Positions 21,897-36,100 of a stretch of 64,000 nucleotides of DNA are shown in pieces. The notes beneath the pieces are model-generated. The model saw only the letters and a list, made by a program, of their open reading frames with translations. It was not told the origin of the DNA and did not search any database. The DNA is from Pseudovirgaria hyperparasitica. Taxonomy: Eukaryota. The first letter of the stretch is position 1, and each line of letters opens with the position of its first letter. The stretch lies in the NCBI GenBank assembly GCA_010093815.1, contig ML996584.1. The stretch is one strand, 5' to 3'. The translations under genes were made by a program, and so were the position numbers.

Positions 21897-24539
21897 ATGA
21901 GGGGGCTTTTGGCTGCTCTTGCGGTTTCTTTGGCCGTCGCCGATGCTCATCGCACCAGGCGGTGTCGGAAGAGGCCGTCTTCTCTCATATCAGGTACTTC
22001 GACGGCATTCACCATTCCTTACTCGACGACAAGTCTTGGAGTGAGTACGTCTGCAAGCACGGTATTGACAGTCTCCTCGAGCGCCGAGCCTTCGGTTTCG
22101 TCGTCCACACAGGACTATTCATTCGCTTCGTCTTCTTCAACTGTTTCCTTCTCGTCATCGATTGAAAGCCCTACTCCGGCGACGTCGTCTACGTCTGTAG
22201 AGATTCAGCCCTCGTCCTCGACCAGTGAGGGGATCCCGACGTCAAGTGGTCCTGCTGAGTCGCCGTCTTCCTCGTCGGAGGCTGCTTCGCCCTCGGGCAC
22301 TTACACTCCTTCTGAAACGCCTTCTTCTTCTTCTTTGTCGTCGTCGTCATCGTCGTCGGTTGAGGAGACTCCCTCGTCGACTCCTGGGTCGACTTCTGAG
22401 AGCTCGTCGGAGACGCCTACCCCGACGCCCACGCCCACGCCTGAGCCTACACCTACACCAAGCCCGGAGCCTAGTTCTGAGAGCTCGTCGGAGACGCCCA
22501 CGCCTACACCTGAGCCTACGCCGGAACCTACTCCGACCCCTGAGCCTACTCCTACACCCTCTCCAGAGCCAACTTTGGAGAGCTCGTCGGAGACGCCCAC
22601 GCCTACTCCGACTCCAAGTCCGGAGCCTAGTTCAGAGACCCCGACACCCACTCCTGAGCCTACGCCTGAACCTACTCCAGAGCCAACACCGGAGCCTACC
22701 CCGACTCCTGAGCCATCGTCTGAGAGCCCCTCGGAGACACCGACTCCTACACCGGAGCCTACTCCAACTCCAAGCCCCGAGCCTAGTTCAGAGACCCCGA
22801 CACCCACTCCTGAGCCTACGCCTGAACCTACTCCAGAGCCTACTCCAGAGCCCAGTTCAGAGACTCCGACACCCACTCCTGAGCCCACTCCAGAGCCTAC
22901 TCCAACTCCTGAGCTAACCTCAGAGAGCTCGTCGGAGACACCAACGCCCACTCCAGAGCCTACTCCAACTCCAAGCCCGGAGCCTAGTTCAGAGACACCG
23001 ACCCCTACGCCGGAGCCTACACCTGAGCCTACTCCCGAGCCTACTCCAGAACCCAGTTCAGAGACACCAACACCCACTCCTGAGCCCACGCCTGAACCTA
23101 CTCCAGAACCCAGTTCAGAGACACCCACTCCAACACCAGAACCAAGTTCAGAGACCCCAACGCCTACGCCTGAGCCCACGCCTGAACCTACTCCGGAACC
23201 NNNNNNNNNNNNNNNNNNNNNNNNNNNNNNNNNNNNNNNNNNNNNNNNNNNNNNNNNNNNNNNNNNNNNNNNNNNNNNNNNNNNNNNNNNNNNNNNNNNN
23301 NNNNNNNNNNNNNNNNNNNNNNNNNNNNNNNNNNNNNNNNNNNNNACTCCAACACCAGAACCAAGTTCAGAGACCCCAACGCCTACGCCTGAGCCCACGC
23401 CTGAACCTACTCCGGAACCCAGTTCAGAGACACCCACTCCGACTCCTGAACCTACACCTGAGCCTACTCCAGAACCTAGTTCCGAGACTCCAACTCCAAC
23501 TCCAGAGCCTACTCCAGAACCCAGCTCAGAGACACCGACTCCTACCCCTACTCCAGAGCCTACCCCGGAGCCTAGTTCAGAGACCCCAACACCCACGCCG
23601 GAGTCAAGTTCAGAGACCCCGACTCCGACTCCTGAGCCTACACCTGAGCCTACTCCAGAACCCAGTTCAGAGACACCCACTCCGACACCAGAACCAACTT
23701 CAGAGACACCCACTCCGACTCCAACTCCAGAGCCAACTTCTGAGACTCCCACTCCTACTCCAACTCCAGAGCCAACTTCTGAGACACCTACTCCCACACC
23801 AACTCCAGAGCCAACTTCTGAGACTCCTACTCCGACTCCAGAGCCTACCTCAGAGACACCCACTCCGACTCCGACTCCAGAGCCGACTTCAGAGACTCCC
23901 ACTCCCACACCGACTCCAGAGCCTACCTCAGAGACCCCAACGCCTACGCCAACGCCTACCCCGACGTACACTCCCCTTCCACCTGGCGTCAACGTAATCA
24001 GGAATGCTGGATTCGAAGACATCACTGCCGTAGGTGTCAACGGCAGAATGGCAAACTGGCAGTTCACGGGCCGTGTCTACCCTAACCGCCTAACGCAGGC
24101 GTCCCACAGCGGGCAATGTTACGCGTAAGTCTTACCACTCAGAACCCCATCCACAAGCTCAACCCCTCTAACCAACATCCGCAGTATCATGTCCTACGTG
24201 GCCAGCTCCAACACGCCATTGACACTGTTCCAGTCGGTCACCGGATTCGACACAACGCGTCCATACATCATCTCCTTCTACCTGAATCTCTACAGCCTCA
24301 GTCAAGCTCGTTCTTGCACGCTGAAGGTCCTGTTCGGCGATGTCGAGGTCTATACGAGGGTTCTCACCGCTGCCGATGGCCCGCGGGTGCAGAACTGGAA
24401 GGGTCCGGAGACGACTGTGCCAGTGATCCCGACGTCGCCAGACCAGACTGTCAAGTTCGCATACGATTGTATTCCAACTGGCACCGGGAGCGCCTCTAGT
24501 GCGCTCTTCTTGGACGATGTGTCCATGGCTTCTATTTAA
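21897..24539 (+). CDS. Secreted mucin-like protein: Ser/Thr-rich region, long PTPEPSSET repeat stalk, and C-terminal CBM4/9 (CenC)-like domain
   Basis: Signal peptide [17 protein letters not shown]; repeat array spans a gap (N at 23201-23345); [11 protein letters not shown] motif; intron 24125-24184 joins in frame to the 24189-24539 ORF (two Cys, LFLDDVSM). Confidence 0.8.
22390..23965 (+). repeat. Coding tandem repeat array encoding (PT)n/PE/SSET units
   Basis: Recurrent ccnacnccngag and agttcagagac units. Confidence 0.95.
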
Positions 24540-25058
24540 GTGCGCTTTTATGGCAGCTCTGCGCTGGTTCGAGGAATGTGTTAGTAGATTGATAGATATA
24601 ATAAAAATAATACAAAGAAATTATTGTCACCGATGTCGAAGGGCTTCCTTGTGAATCAACCTTGTTTGATAGTTCCAGGGATGGACAGAGGGCGTTGTTG
24701 TCGCCTCGGAAAGCGTCAGATTGAGAAGATTATGATATTATGATACAAAGTCCGTTGCGTAACTATTGTGCCAAGCCACTAACCACATCGGCAACTGATC
24801 TACCCGCAAGCTCCACCCGCGGACTATGACATGGTCCAAGCTCGCAAACTGTCAGGGGAAGCTCAAGCATCTTTGAGGTCCTGGCTTATCACTCACTTTC
24901 TCCCATACACACATCCAACCCGCCCTCACACCACCAGCCCTCATCCAATCCATCATAACCACAATTGCCTCACCCAACCGTCTCGGCCTTACTCCCACAT
25001 CAGCCAATGCCACCCCTCGAGCCCTCCCCTTGAACCACACCCCAAACCCAAGTCCGCC

Positions 25059-28000
25059 ATGGCCGAGAGCTACGAGCTCCGCGGCAAATACCACCGCGTC
25101 GACAAAGAAGAAGACACACCGCGATCCTCCCGCGAGGCCGCCGCCGGCGCCGACGACTACGACCACTACTCCGACGGCTCAGACCTCGACGACTTCGACC
25201 CTCTGATCGACGAGCACAAGCGCACCACCAGCACCACACGGCCCACATCCTCGCGCGGGCGACGGGATGCCAACAGCAGCAACAACAATGCACGCGAGCT
25301 GTTCACGCCGCGGCGCTCAGCATGGCGGCGATGGCTCGTGCCGGGGCGCATGTGCTGCTTCGTGACGCTGCTGTTCGTGGGGGCGGCAGTGCTGGTCATA
25401 ACGGCGGGCGGGATCTGGGCGTGGAAGGTGGCGCCGGCGCATGGGCAGAGTGAGGCGTGGTATCCGAGTCCGGCGGGGGGCACGGTGGAGGCGTGGGCGG
25501 ACAGCTACGCGAAGGCGGCGGAGCTGGTGCGGCAGATGACGGTTGTGGAGAAGGTGAATGTGACGACGGGGGTGGGGTGGATGATGGGCATGTGTGTTGG
25601 GAATACGGGGGCGGTGCCGCGGTTGGGGTTTGGTAGTCTTTGCTTGCAGGATGGGCCGTTGGGCGTGCGGTATACGGAGAATGTGACTGCGTTTCCGGCG
25701 GGGGTTACGGTTGGGGCGACGTGGGATAAGAGCTTGTTTTATAATCGGGGCAGGCTGCATGCTATTGAGGCTAAGGCGAAGGGTGTCAATGTCCTTCTTG
25801 GGCCGTCGATGGGGCCGCTTGGGAGAGCGCCGGGTGGAGGGAGGAATTGGGAAGGCTTTGGTGCGGATCCTGTTCTGCAGGGTATTGCTGCGAGGGAGAC
25901 GATTCGCGGCATTCAGGAGCAGGGTATCATTGCGACAGCAAAGCACTGTAAGGCTCTCCAGTTGTGGAATTGACATATCGCAGCGTGCTAACAGGTGTGG
26001 ACAGGGGTCGGTAACGAACAAGAACATTTCCGCCAGTCCTGGGAATGGGGCACGCCCAACGCCATCTCTTCAAACTTCGACGACCGTGCCTTGCACGAAC
26101 TGTATGCCTGGCCATTCGCAGAGAGTGTTCGCGCTGGTGTGGGCTCGGTGATGTGCGCCTACAACCAGGTCAACAACTCCTATGCATGCCAGAACAGCAA
26201 ACTCATGAACGGCGTGCTGAAGGACGAGCTTGGCTTCCAAGGCTTTGTGCAATCAGACTGGCTGGCACAGCGCAGTGGAGTCGCCAGTGCTCTTGCTGGG
26301 CTTGACATGTCCATGCCTGGCGATGGACTCCGATGGACGGATGGCAAGCCGCTATGGGGCGGTAAGCTCACGCAGGCTGTTCTCAACGGGAGTGTGCCTA
26401 CCAGCAGACTCGACGATATGGTGACACGCATCGTAGCAGCATGGTATCAGATGGGCCAGGACAATCAGGACAAGTGGCCGCAACCACCCGAAGGCGGCCC
26501 CAACTTCTCTTCGTGGACAAACGAAGAAACAGGCAAGATACATCCGGGCAGCGATGACGAGACGACCGCCGTAGTCAACAAATTTGTCAACGCCCAGAAA
26601 GTGGATGACCCCGTTGGGAATACACACGGTCAGCTTGCACGTCAGGTTGCTGCTGCGGGCCATGTTGTCCTTAAGAATGAGGATGATATCCTTCCCCTCC
26701 CACGCAAGGGGTGGAATGGCGACGACGTCGACGAGGGGGTGAAATCTCGCGTCGGCATTTTTGGTGAAGATGCTCGTGTCAACGCGAATGGACCGAACAG
26801 CTGCAACGACCGTGGCTGTAACGAAGGAACTCTTGCTCAGGGGTGGGGCTCAGGGACTGTCGAGTTTCCCTATCTGAGCGATCCGTTGTCTGCCATACGA
26901 GACGCCTTTGACGAAGACACCGTCTACGTGACTAACTGGCCCAAGAACGAGCTGCCGAAGAAGGAGCGACAGATTGTCGAGGACCAGGATGTGTGTATCG
27001 TCTTTGCCAACGCCGACGCTGGCGAGGGCTTCATCAAGGCCAACGGAATCGCCGCCGACCGAACGGACCTGCGCCTTCAGAAAGGTGGTGACCAACTAAT
27101 CAAGGAAGTGTCGGCAAGCTGCGGCAAAGGCGCCGGAAAGACAATTGTCGTCATCCACGCCGTCGGCCCGGTCATCATGGAAGACTGGATCGACCTGCCC
27201 GGCATCTCGGCTGTAGTTATGGCACACCTCCCCGGCCAAGAATCCGGAAACGCTCTCGTCGACATCCTCTTCGGCGACGTCGCCCCCTCTGGTCGCCTCC
27301 CCTACACCATCGCCAAATCACTCGACGACTACGGCCCAGGCGCCCAGATCCTTACCTTCCCCAACCACCCAGTTCCACAACAGAACTTCACCGAGGGCCT
27401 CTACATCGACTACCGCTACCTTGATAAACATGACATCGCCCCGCGCTTCGAGTTCGGCTTCGGCCTCTCCTACACCACCTTCACCCTCAACAACCTCCTG
27501 ATCGCACCCCAAGGGTCCCGCGGCCTCCTCCCCGCTCCTCGCCCAGACGCCCTCGCCCCCCCTCATTTTGACACCACCCTGCCCAGCCCGTCAGAAGCCC
27601 AGTTTCCAACTGGCTGGCGCAGACTCAAGAAATACATCTACCCCTACCTCTCCCCCTCCGACACCATCGACACATCCCCCTACCCCTACCCAGACGGCTA
27701 CAGGACAATCCACACACCCTCGCCCGCCGGCGGCGCCCAGGGCGGCAACCCAGATCTCTACACCGTGGTAGCCAAGGTCTCCCTCACCGTCACCAACGCC
27801 GGGCCCCGCGACGGCTCCACAATCGTCCAGCTGTACATTACCTACCCGCCCGACTACGCCGACGACGAGACGGGCGAGCCCGTGGATTTCCCCGTCCGCG
27901 TGCTGCGCGCGTTTGAGAAGGTGCGGGTCAGTAAAGGGGGCCGCACGGGCGTGCACATGGAGTTGACGCGTAAGGATCTGAGCTATTGGTGTGTGCGGCG

Positions 28001-28085
28001 GCAGAATTGGGTGTTGCCGCAGGGCGAGTTTGGGGTTGAGGTTGGGTTTTCGAGTCGTGATTTGCCGGTTAAGGGGGTGCTTTGA
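25059..28085 (+). CDS. GH3 beta-glucosidase, type II membrane-anchored (BglE-like)
   Basis: N-terminal cytosolic tail plus [33 protein letters not shown] (intron 25948-26004), nucleophile motif [12 protein letters not shown], and an Fn3-like C-terminus. Confidence 0.93.
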
Positions 28086-28453
28086 GGGGTTTGTGTGTGT
28101 GTGTGTGTGGGACGGGGGTGGGATGGATTTACTTCGTGTTATATGTATGTGTTTATGTGTGTGTTCTGTATGGTAGGGTGTGTCATGCGGCTGGTGTAAA
28201 AACTTGTTGTAGAATGGAATAGACGTAGACAGAGGCATTGTTTGTAGGTGGTGGATTTGGTTGTACATAGGGTTCTATGAACATGTATCACGTATTCGTT
28301 CGTCTGATATTCTATCTATTCCTCTTATGTCTGGGAAAGGGGGAGATGCATATCGTGCATGCGAAGGAAGTCACGCTCTATGCGCACATCTTCTAATGTA
28401 TTCACCCATGGCCTAACATAGAGGGGGACATCCCATGTACTTAAACGCCGTCC

Positions 28454-31201
28454 CTACCACGTCTCCGGCCCAAACCGCTCCCCAGGCTTGACAAGTTTCG
28501 TGATAGCGCGATACGTCGCGTCCTGCACACACACACACAAAGTCAGCACAATGCATCTCCACACCACAATCATGAAAAAAGGAACAAAACCAACCTTCGT
28601 CCGCATCACCCCCTCATTCCCCCACCACCGCGGCCCACCCACACCCGACAAATCCACCGCGCAAAACACCACCACCGTCCCCAGCACAAGCCCGCAATCC
28701 AGCGCCGCGGCAGTAACATAATTATACGTATGCCACCACCCGCGCACCCTGCTCCGCAAGAACGCATTGAAGAACAAGCCGACGAGCGCCCAGGCGAAGA
28801 ACGAGAGCGGCGTGGCAGGCGGCAGCCAGGCCATTGCGCCGAGCATGACGGGCGCGTTGAGAACATGGAGATGGCGCGTATATCTAGCCAGGAAGGCGGG
28901 CGTGTGGTGGGCGAGGACGTAGAAAGCGATGGGCAGCAGGGCGCCGAGGAGCCAGTAGTAGTGTACTGCGGTGTATATTGCGGACTGGGAGGAGCCGAAC
29001 ATGCGGGTGGGCCCGACGAGGCCCCAGACGATGCTGTTGGTGTAGAAGGCGGTGCCTTGCGGGCAGGAGAAGCGGGATTTCTGGGTGGGCGTGCAGACGG
29101 CTGGGATGTTTGCTAGGGACCAGTTTGTGACTGCCAGCTGGACGAGCGCAGCCCAGGCGGTGGCGACGACCTGGGCGGCAAAGGTGGTGCGGGGCGGGAG
29201 CTTCATGTAGTGGCCTAGTTTGAGGTCTGCGGAGAACTTGTTTGCGCGGGCGAGGGTGATGGTGGCGTAGACCTTGAAGATGATGACGGCGACGGGGCGG
29301 CCGGGCAGGGCGTGGCCGGCGATGAAGGAGCCGAGGACGTTGAGGGTGAGGACGATGTTTGAGGTGGCGGAGAGCATGGAGGAGGGGATGGTCCAGAGGA
29401 TGCTGAGGGCGTTGCTGGCGAGGAAGGCCCACCAGGGGGTGTGGGTGTCGAAGGCGAGGCAGAGGGCGAGGCCGGCGGCGAGGGCGGCGGCGAAGATGGC
29501 GGCGTACCACCCGTCTGGGACTTCGGGGTACTTGAGCATCATGCGGAGGTGGATGTCTGGGTCCTGGGCGCGGGCGGTGCGGAGGCGGTAGCGGAGTTCG
29601 CGGCCGTGGTAGAGGGCGGTGTGGACGAGGACGGCGGTGAGGGCGGCGAAGGAGAGGCCGTAGGAGATGACGAAGGTGGGGGAGAGGAAGAGCGGGGAGT
29701 AGGCCTTGTAGGCGGCCTCGTTGAAGGTGAAGTTGGGGCCGAGGATGCGGGAGACGTTGTAGCGGTGTTGGGTGTTGTCGAAGGTTAGGGGGGTGTTGAG
29801 GGGCAGGTAGTCGGCGTACCAGTGGCCGGTGTAGAGGATGCCGATGACGGTGATGCAGACGAAGATGATGAGGCCGACGAGGGTGTTGATGTGGGCGAAT
29901 GTGGGCGCGAGGAGGGGGTCCTGGAGATAGGCTGTGACATATGTCCAGTCGAAGGTCAGGGGGATCAGGGAGAGACCGGTGTGGCCGCCGAAGAGCTGGT
30001 TGACGACGACGTTGTCGGGCTTGATCCACGCGGCGAAGCAGAAGACGGAGAGGCCCTGCCATAGTACGCCGGGGATCCAGTAGTAGATGAAGGACGCACA
30101 TCCGAGATACACGAACCATCTGTAGCGCGATATCTTCCATCCGTTTGTCTCGCTCACGTCTGGTTTCCTCTTGTCGTGGAGGGCATAGAACAGCGAGGTA
30201 TTGGCGAATTGGCCGGGCCATATCATGGCAGCCGGCCAGACCAGGAAGCGTCGGAAGAAGCCTGCAAACGAGAAACCGAGCAGTTGACTGCTGAGGATGA
30301 ACAGCAGACCGAACCCCCAGCCGAAGTCGATATTGTACAAGCTCTTCGCCTGGAGCGCGATCAGGGCGTCGGTGGCATAGGCATTGTCGATGCAGACAGC
30401 GGACATGATCTGGGACTTGTCAGGGGCAGTACCGATGCTGATCTGCGCATTGCTCACCGTGATAACAGTATGCTCCTTGATGTTGAAGGGGCCCGGATTC
30501 AGTGTCCATTTCTGGCCAAAGGTAGTGAATTCGCGCTCAGGAAGCACGCGTGCCAAAAAGCACCCAATTGGATAGACGACTCTATATCCCGATTAGCGAA
30601 GATCCCTCCCGCATTTCCTATCCGTGCGAAGACTTGCAGTTGGACCACGATGGACGGAAAATTGATAGCAGGTTGCCTAGCGCGCGCACGCGAGTCAGCT
30701 CGATCCGCAATCCGGTCGCATACACATGCGATATCACGTCGACACCCACCTCATGCTCAAGAACATGTTGACACCGCTCGCCACCGTCACAAAGAACAGC
30801 CCGAGCACCCACGCCCGAATCGTACTCGCCGGCTCGCCATCATCCACAGCCCGGACGGCAGCCCGCACCTCCGCGTACGGCGAATCCTCCATAAACTCCC
30901 TGTCCACGCCCAGGATCGTCTCCGGATCGTCCGAGTTGGCCGCCTCGATCAGCGTCTCGATCTTCTCCTTGTCGAGGTTGGGGTCGTGGGCGTGCGTCTT
31001 GACGAACTGCTGCAACTCCTCCCTCGCCCGGTCGACAGCGGGCGCACTGCTACTGTTGCCGCCGCTGATGCCATCGATGTCGGCCTTGTTCGCGCCCGTC
31101 GAGGTGGACGTGTCGGTATCGGAGGAGGCCTTGGTGGTGCTGGGCTCGATGCTGGTGCTCTCGCGTGTGGCGGGCCGTGGATTGCGAAAGCGAGCCAGCA
31201 T
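28454..31201 (-). CDS. OPT-family oligopeptide transporter
   Basis: Motifs SPYAEVRAAV, NPGPFNIKEH and KLGHYMKLPPR; multi-exon; ends GERFGPETW. Confidence 0.92.
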
Positions 31202-33135
31202 GTTTGATGCTGACGAAGGAGTTGGAAGAGGCTCGTCAACGAGCCACAACGCACGGCATCCGTTGGGGGGGATGGTTATAACATGATATGAGGGGTACAA
31301 CGGCGATTATCTAGTTGACTCCCATGATGCTAGCAAAGGCTTGTTAGGTCGTTGCTGTGCCGCACACGGTCCGTGGATCTAGTCGGGTGGGCTTGTGCTT
31401 GTGCTTGTGCTTGTTCATGGAATCATGGTGTCTCGGGCGGGGAGGGGGGTCCGGAGAGAGAGAGAGGAGGAGAAAATATGGATACAAATAGGAATAGGAG
31501 TGGGGATAGGGATAGGGACTGGCCGAGCAGAGATCTTTTCCCGTTTCGACGTCTCCCGTCTTTGGGCGAGGCTGAAAAGCCGAACCAACATATCCGTCCA
31601 TCGCTTGAAACAAGTCAGTCATGTCAAGTAATTACAAGCACGAGCACAAAGCACAACTCACAACTTGGGACGGGTGTGGGGTTGTCGTAAGCTCCAACAC
31701 CAACTACACACTCAACCTCTAGTATACAGAAAACAGGCCATTCCATCAACGTCGCACAAGCAAAATGTACTCACTTCCCCGCCCAACTCTCCACATTCTA
31801 CACCATATAATACATTCTCATCACATTCCCACTCTCCATCACAGCCAGCACCTCGTTCTCGCCCTCGCCGTTCCCAACCGCGGCTGCTGCGGTCCGCTGA
31901 CGGACCTCTGGCGCTAACCTTGGGGCTAGAATGCTCCCACCCACGCTTAATCCAACCAATGACTCGACTGCAGTGTGACACAACTATACCCGGTACTGTG
32001 GTAATATCTCAAGACTCAAGTCAAACCATCAAACGCCGCATCCTCGCTGTAGTCGGTTATGCACGCACATGTACGGCGAGCCCTATAAAGCTATAGCAAT
32101 CCCGTCTTCGTCTGCAACGTCGATCTAATCAGCGCGCTGGGGGTTGTCATACAGCAACAACAAACCCTGGCAACCCACCGGGCATGGATGCATATGTCAT
32201 TGTTCGTATGGTTGATACCTTCGTTTTTCTGGGAATATACATATGTATGTGCTTCCGCGGAAACACAAAGTTATGCTATGCTGTGCTATGCTATGCACCC
32301 CTGTCAGGTTTATTTAATTACAAAATACATGTTAATTAGGGTGTTTTCAGTAAAGTAAGTACACACTCGATCGATCACCACAGCTCGGGGCCTCGGGCTA
32401 GTAATTACCCCGGGACTTGGGGTGGTACTGTAGCCCCCTCCCCCCAAAATGCTTACAACCCTGGCTAGCTATCAACAGATAAAATTGGAATACTGCAAGC
32501 CAATCGGGCTATTCTATCTATCTGTCTGGTGTTGTAGTGTTGTAGCTCTCCCTGTCACCCTTGATCCATCCGTCCATCACTCTAGCTACCTACTGTTGTA
32601 GCTACCTAAGCATACAGGTACATATGCATACAATATACAGACATACATAACATGTATGCAGAGCAGACGATCCATGCAGAGCAGAGTGATAAACTACCCT
32701 AGCACCCCAGCCTAGGCCGGATAGGCATACCTTTTTTGAGGATGGACCAGACGGCGTAGTGCTAGTTGGCATGTTGTGGTGTGAGAAGACGGTTGTTGAG
32801 CAGCAGCAGGGGGCAGGGCAGGGCAGGGCAGGGCAATGCAGGGCAGTTACCTGGCGCTTAATACCGGCAGATCCATCCATCCAGCCAGCCCTATGTTGTG
32901 ATACTCGTGTGTGACTGTGTTGTCTTTTAGCATCGGTGGTGAGCAGTCCGGCACTTCTATCTGGGTAAAAAGTTTGCCAACAGGAGACTGGAGAAGAATA
33001 GACAGACTGAGTAATTACATCGACTGTCGTTTAGACGGCTCTATACATATATCGTACAGACTGGATTATGTGGGTATAGTCTACAGGTACATATATATAC
33101 ATACGCGCGTGTGTTGGGGGGTATCAAATCATGCA

Positions 33136-36100
33136 TCAGGGATCCTCCGGCCAGCTCTCCTCGCACTCGCATCCACAGCCCATCTTACACATTGCCGCCT
33201 CGTCTTCCTCGTCGTAATCGGCCAGACACGCAATGTGAGCAATGTGCCCGCATGTCTCGCAGATACTGTACAGTCGCTCCACCTTCATCAAGCACGTATT
33301 GCAGTACGGGAAACTCGCTTCGTCGCCCTCTGTGTCCTTGAACACCACCGTATCCGTGTCTACGTCGTGACCATCCTCCGTTGTTGTTGCTGTGTTCGTC
33401 GTCGTTGTTGTTGCCGTCGTTCTTGTCGCCGTCACCGTGACCGCCGGAGTCAGAGTCACCGTCAGATTGGAGGCAAGTCCAGAATACTGAACTGATTCCA
33501 GTTCCTCATCGCTGAGCATGTCCTCTGACGAGCTCGTCGGCACAAAAGCGCTCGCTTCGGGGTTGAACCGGAACTTCTTTGGACTGAACGTACCGGTGCC
33601 CTGAAGCGGTGTCAGTCTGCCGTCACTCCGCGAGCTGCGCAGCCCGTTGATCCCATTCACTCTCGGTGCCATTGTGTGCTTTTTGCCGACCTCAAACTGC
33701 AACGATGTTGGCTCCTCGGGCTCCCAGTACGAGTGCAGACCGTTGAATTTGAGAACCTCGCTGCGTGCGACTGGCAGGCCCCACAGCAGGAGCTGGTTGG
33801 CGTACTGCTCGCGGTAGTGCACCAGCTTCCATGTCTCCACACGACCGAGCAGTGACGACGACACGCACGCTTCATCATCGAATTGATCTTGGTTCTTGAG
33901 TGTGACGCGGATGGCCGAGCTCGAGTTTGCCGCTGCTGTCGACGGCGAATCACCCGATTCCGAAGGCGCAACCTCGTCCTCGTCTCCAGAAAGCTCATCG
34001 ACCTCATCAACAGTCCCCGACTCGTGCAAATATGGAAAGTACGGACGGCGTTTCTGGCTCGAGCGCTGCGTAGTATTGGAGCTAGAGCTGTAGAAGGTCG
34101 TTGAGCCCCAGGTAACGCTGTTGGGAGCCGATGTGGAAAGCTCGGCATCGGCTGTACGAGACTTGCCGGGAGGAGGGGATGCGGACGTCAAGTTTCGGAA
34201 TGGCGACACAAATGCACTGGCTAGGTAAGCATTTGACCTCCGAGGAAACGGATGCTCTGGAGAAGTCGAGAAAGAGGCGTTGCCGCTGGATTTGAACGTG
34301 CTGGTACGTGAGAGCACTGGGGGAGTCACGTTTGTGGAGAATGGAATCAACGGATCTGACAATGGCGTGCTGCCCCAGGGCCCGTTCGAAGACGCTGTAG
34401 AGCCATACACATCAAGGTTGGGCGGCTTGTGGAATTTGTCGATCCACTGGGCGACGCTTTTTGAGGATTTGCGACGAGATTGGGTCGTAGGTGTTGACGG
34501 TGTCGACGGGCCTGATGGTTGGTAGAGACTCCAAGCGCTATCGTGGGATGAGAAATAGTCCAGGGAGAAAGCTGGCGCTTGCATTGACATTGGTAGTTCG
34601 TGGAATTCGGGCTTCCGTAAAGCATGCGGTACGCCCTCTCTTGCAGCCGGCTCTGAGAATACACAAGAAAGCATGGCCAACATCTGTATATCAGCCAGTC
34701 GTTCATAGTAATCGAAGAGAGCCGGTATCAGCCAGGATGATGCCAGCGGATGATGGCCCCATTTGACTCGCCCTTTAAGCGTTGGATTGAGAACAGACTC
34801 GGCTTCGTCGAAGGCGAGATCAAGACCACTGTCCTTGCGTTTGATGCGTACCATAGCTCGACGTGCGACCACCAGGATAGGTTCCGGGCGATAGAATTGT
34901 GGTAGCACTTCTAAAGGAACGTTATTCGCTAATATCAAACTGATCAGTGTCCAGATATCAGCCAGATCATGAAAGCCATGTGATTTTGCGACTTCAGCGT
35001 TGTGCTTGCACACCGAAGGGCCATCTCCACACATCTCATACTCTCGTGCCAGTTCCTTCCGCGATGGGAGTAGATCAGACAGATCGTGAGAGGTAATGAC
35101 TGAACTCTGCTTCAGGGTTGATGTTTTTGGACCGTAGTCGACGCTGGAATGTTGCGATGTTTTGTTGAAGCGAAGCCCATTCCCTTGCCACGCGGCAGGA
35201 GCAGGGAACTGACCCGCTATGCCACCCAGATTGGTAGAGCTGTAATCGGAGCTGCTCGAAGAGGCTGTCTCCCAGTCGCTGTCGTCCTCCTCTACATCTT
35301 CATCTTGTAGGGAGTATTTCTTGTCTAGCATAGGCGAGCCCGTCTTAAGTCTTCCAAGAGTATCGAATAATCTTGGAGCTTTCGATCTGTCCCCGTGGCG
35401 CAGCATGCTTCCAAATATGGGCTTGGGCTCTGGCTTCGGAGGATGGATGTGTAGAAGACGTCCGTCTCGAGTCCATCTCGCACTGTTAGTCCTGGGAATC
35501 GGCACGTTGGCGTTGGCATTTTTCATGCCGGACACGTCTGTTCCACTCATGTCGAGATCTCCTCGGGTCTTGAAGTCGTCACCTAGAGGTTCCTCCTCGT
35601 CACTGGAACTCTCATCCAATGTGAGACCAGTTTGAGTATCGTTGTCCTCCGAGAAATAGCTGATGCTCTCTTCCAGGTCACGCTCACCTAGCAGGTAACT
35701 TATAATTGCTTCCAGAGATCCCTTTTTCCTTGTCCTATACAGCTCAACAATTGAGTGAATCTCATCGTCCAGCTTTGCAATTGTCTCGTCACTGATCGCT
35801 GAGGTTGTCTTTTCCAGTTTGTAATCTGGCGCTGCATCCCGCGGATAGTTTGGAGGGAATCGCATAGTAATCCTCACAAACGCTGGCTTGCCTTCGGGCC
35901 CCCATGGACCATTCAAGTAGACCGTTGCTGCGCGTCGCGATATGTCGGCCACTTCGAATGACACTTTCTTGAATTTACTGCCCACATGGGTGATCTCGTC
36001 TCCCAAGTTCTCGGTTGGGTCAAACTTAGATCCCGCTGACTGTGGCGTCTTTGGCCGGTTGCCATACTTGGATGGAAGAGCCGTATCGCGCTTTCCCATT

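Noticed and set aside
22390..23965. Regular repeats resembling a CRISPR array
   Set aside because: A eukaryotic coding repeat with synonymous variation; no unique spacers and no cas genes.
22301..24067. 588-aa GV/GS-repeat ORF on the minus strand
   Set aside because: Antisense shadow of the mucin repeat array.
28884..30221. 445-aa Arg/Pro-rich ORF and similar overlapping ORFs at 12.6-13.6 kb and 18.7-19.9 kb
   Set aside because: Alternative frames kept open by extreme GC and third-position bias in real genes.
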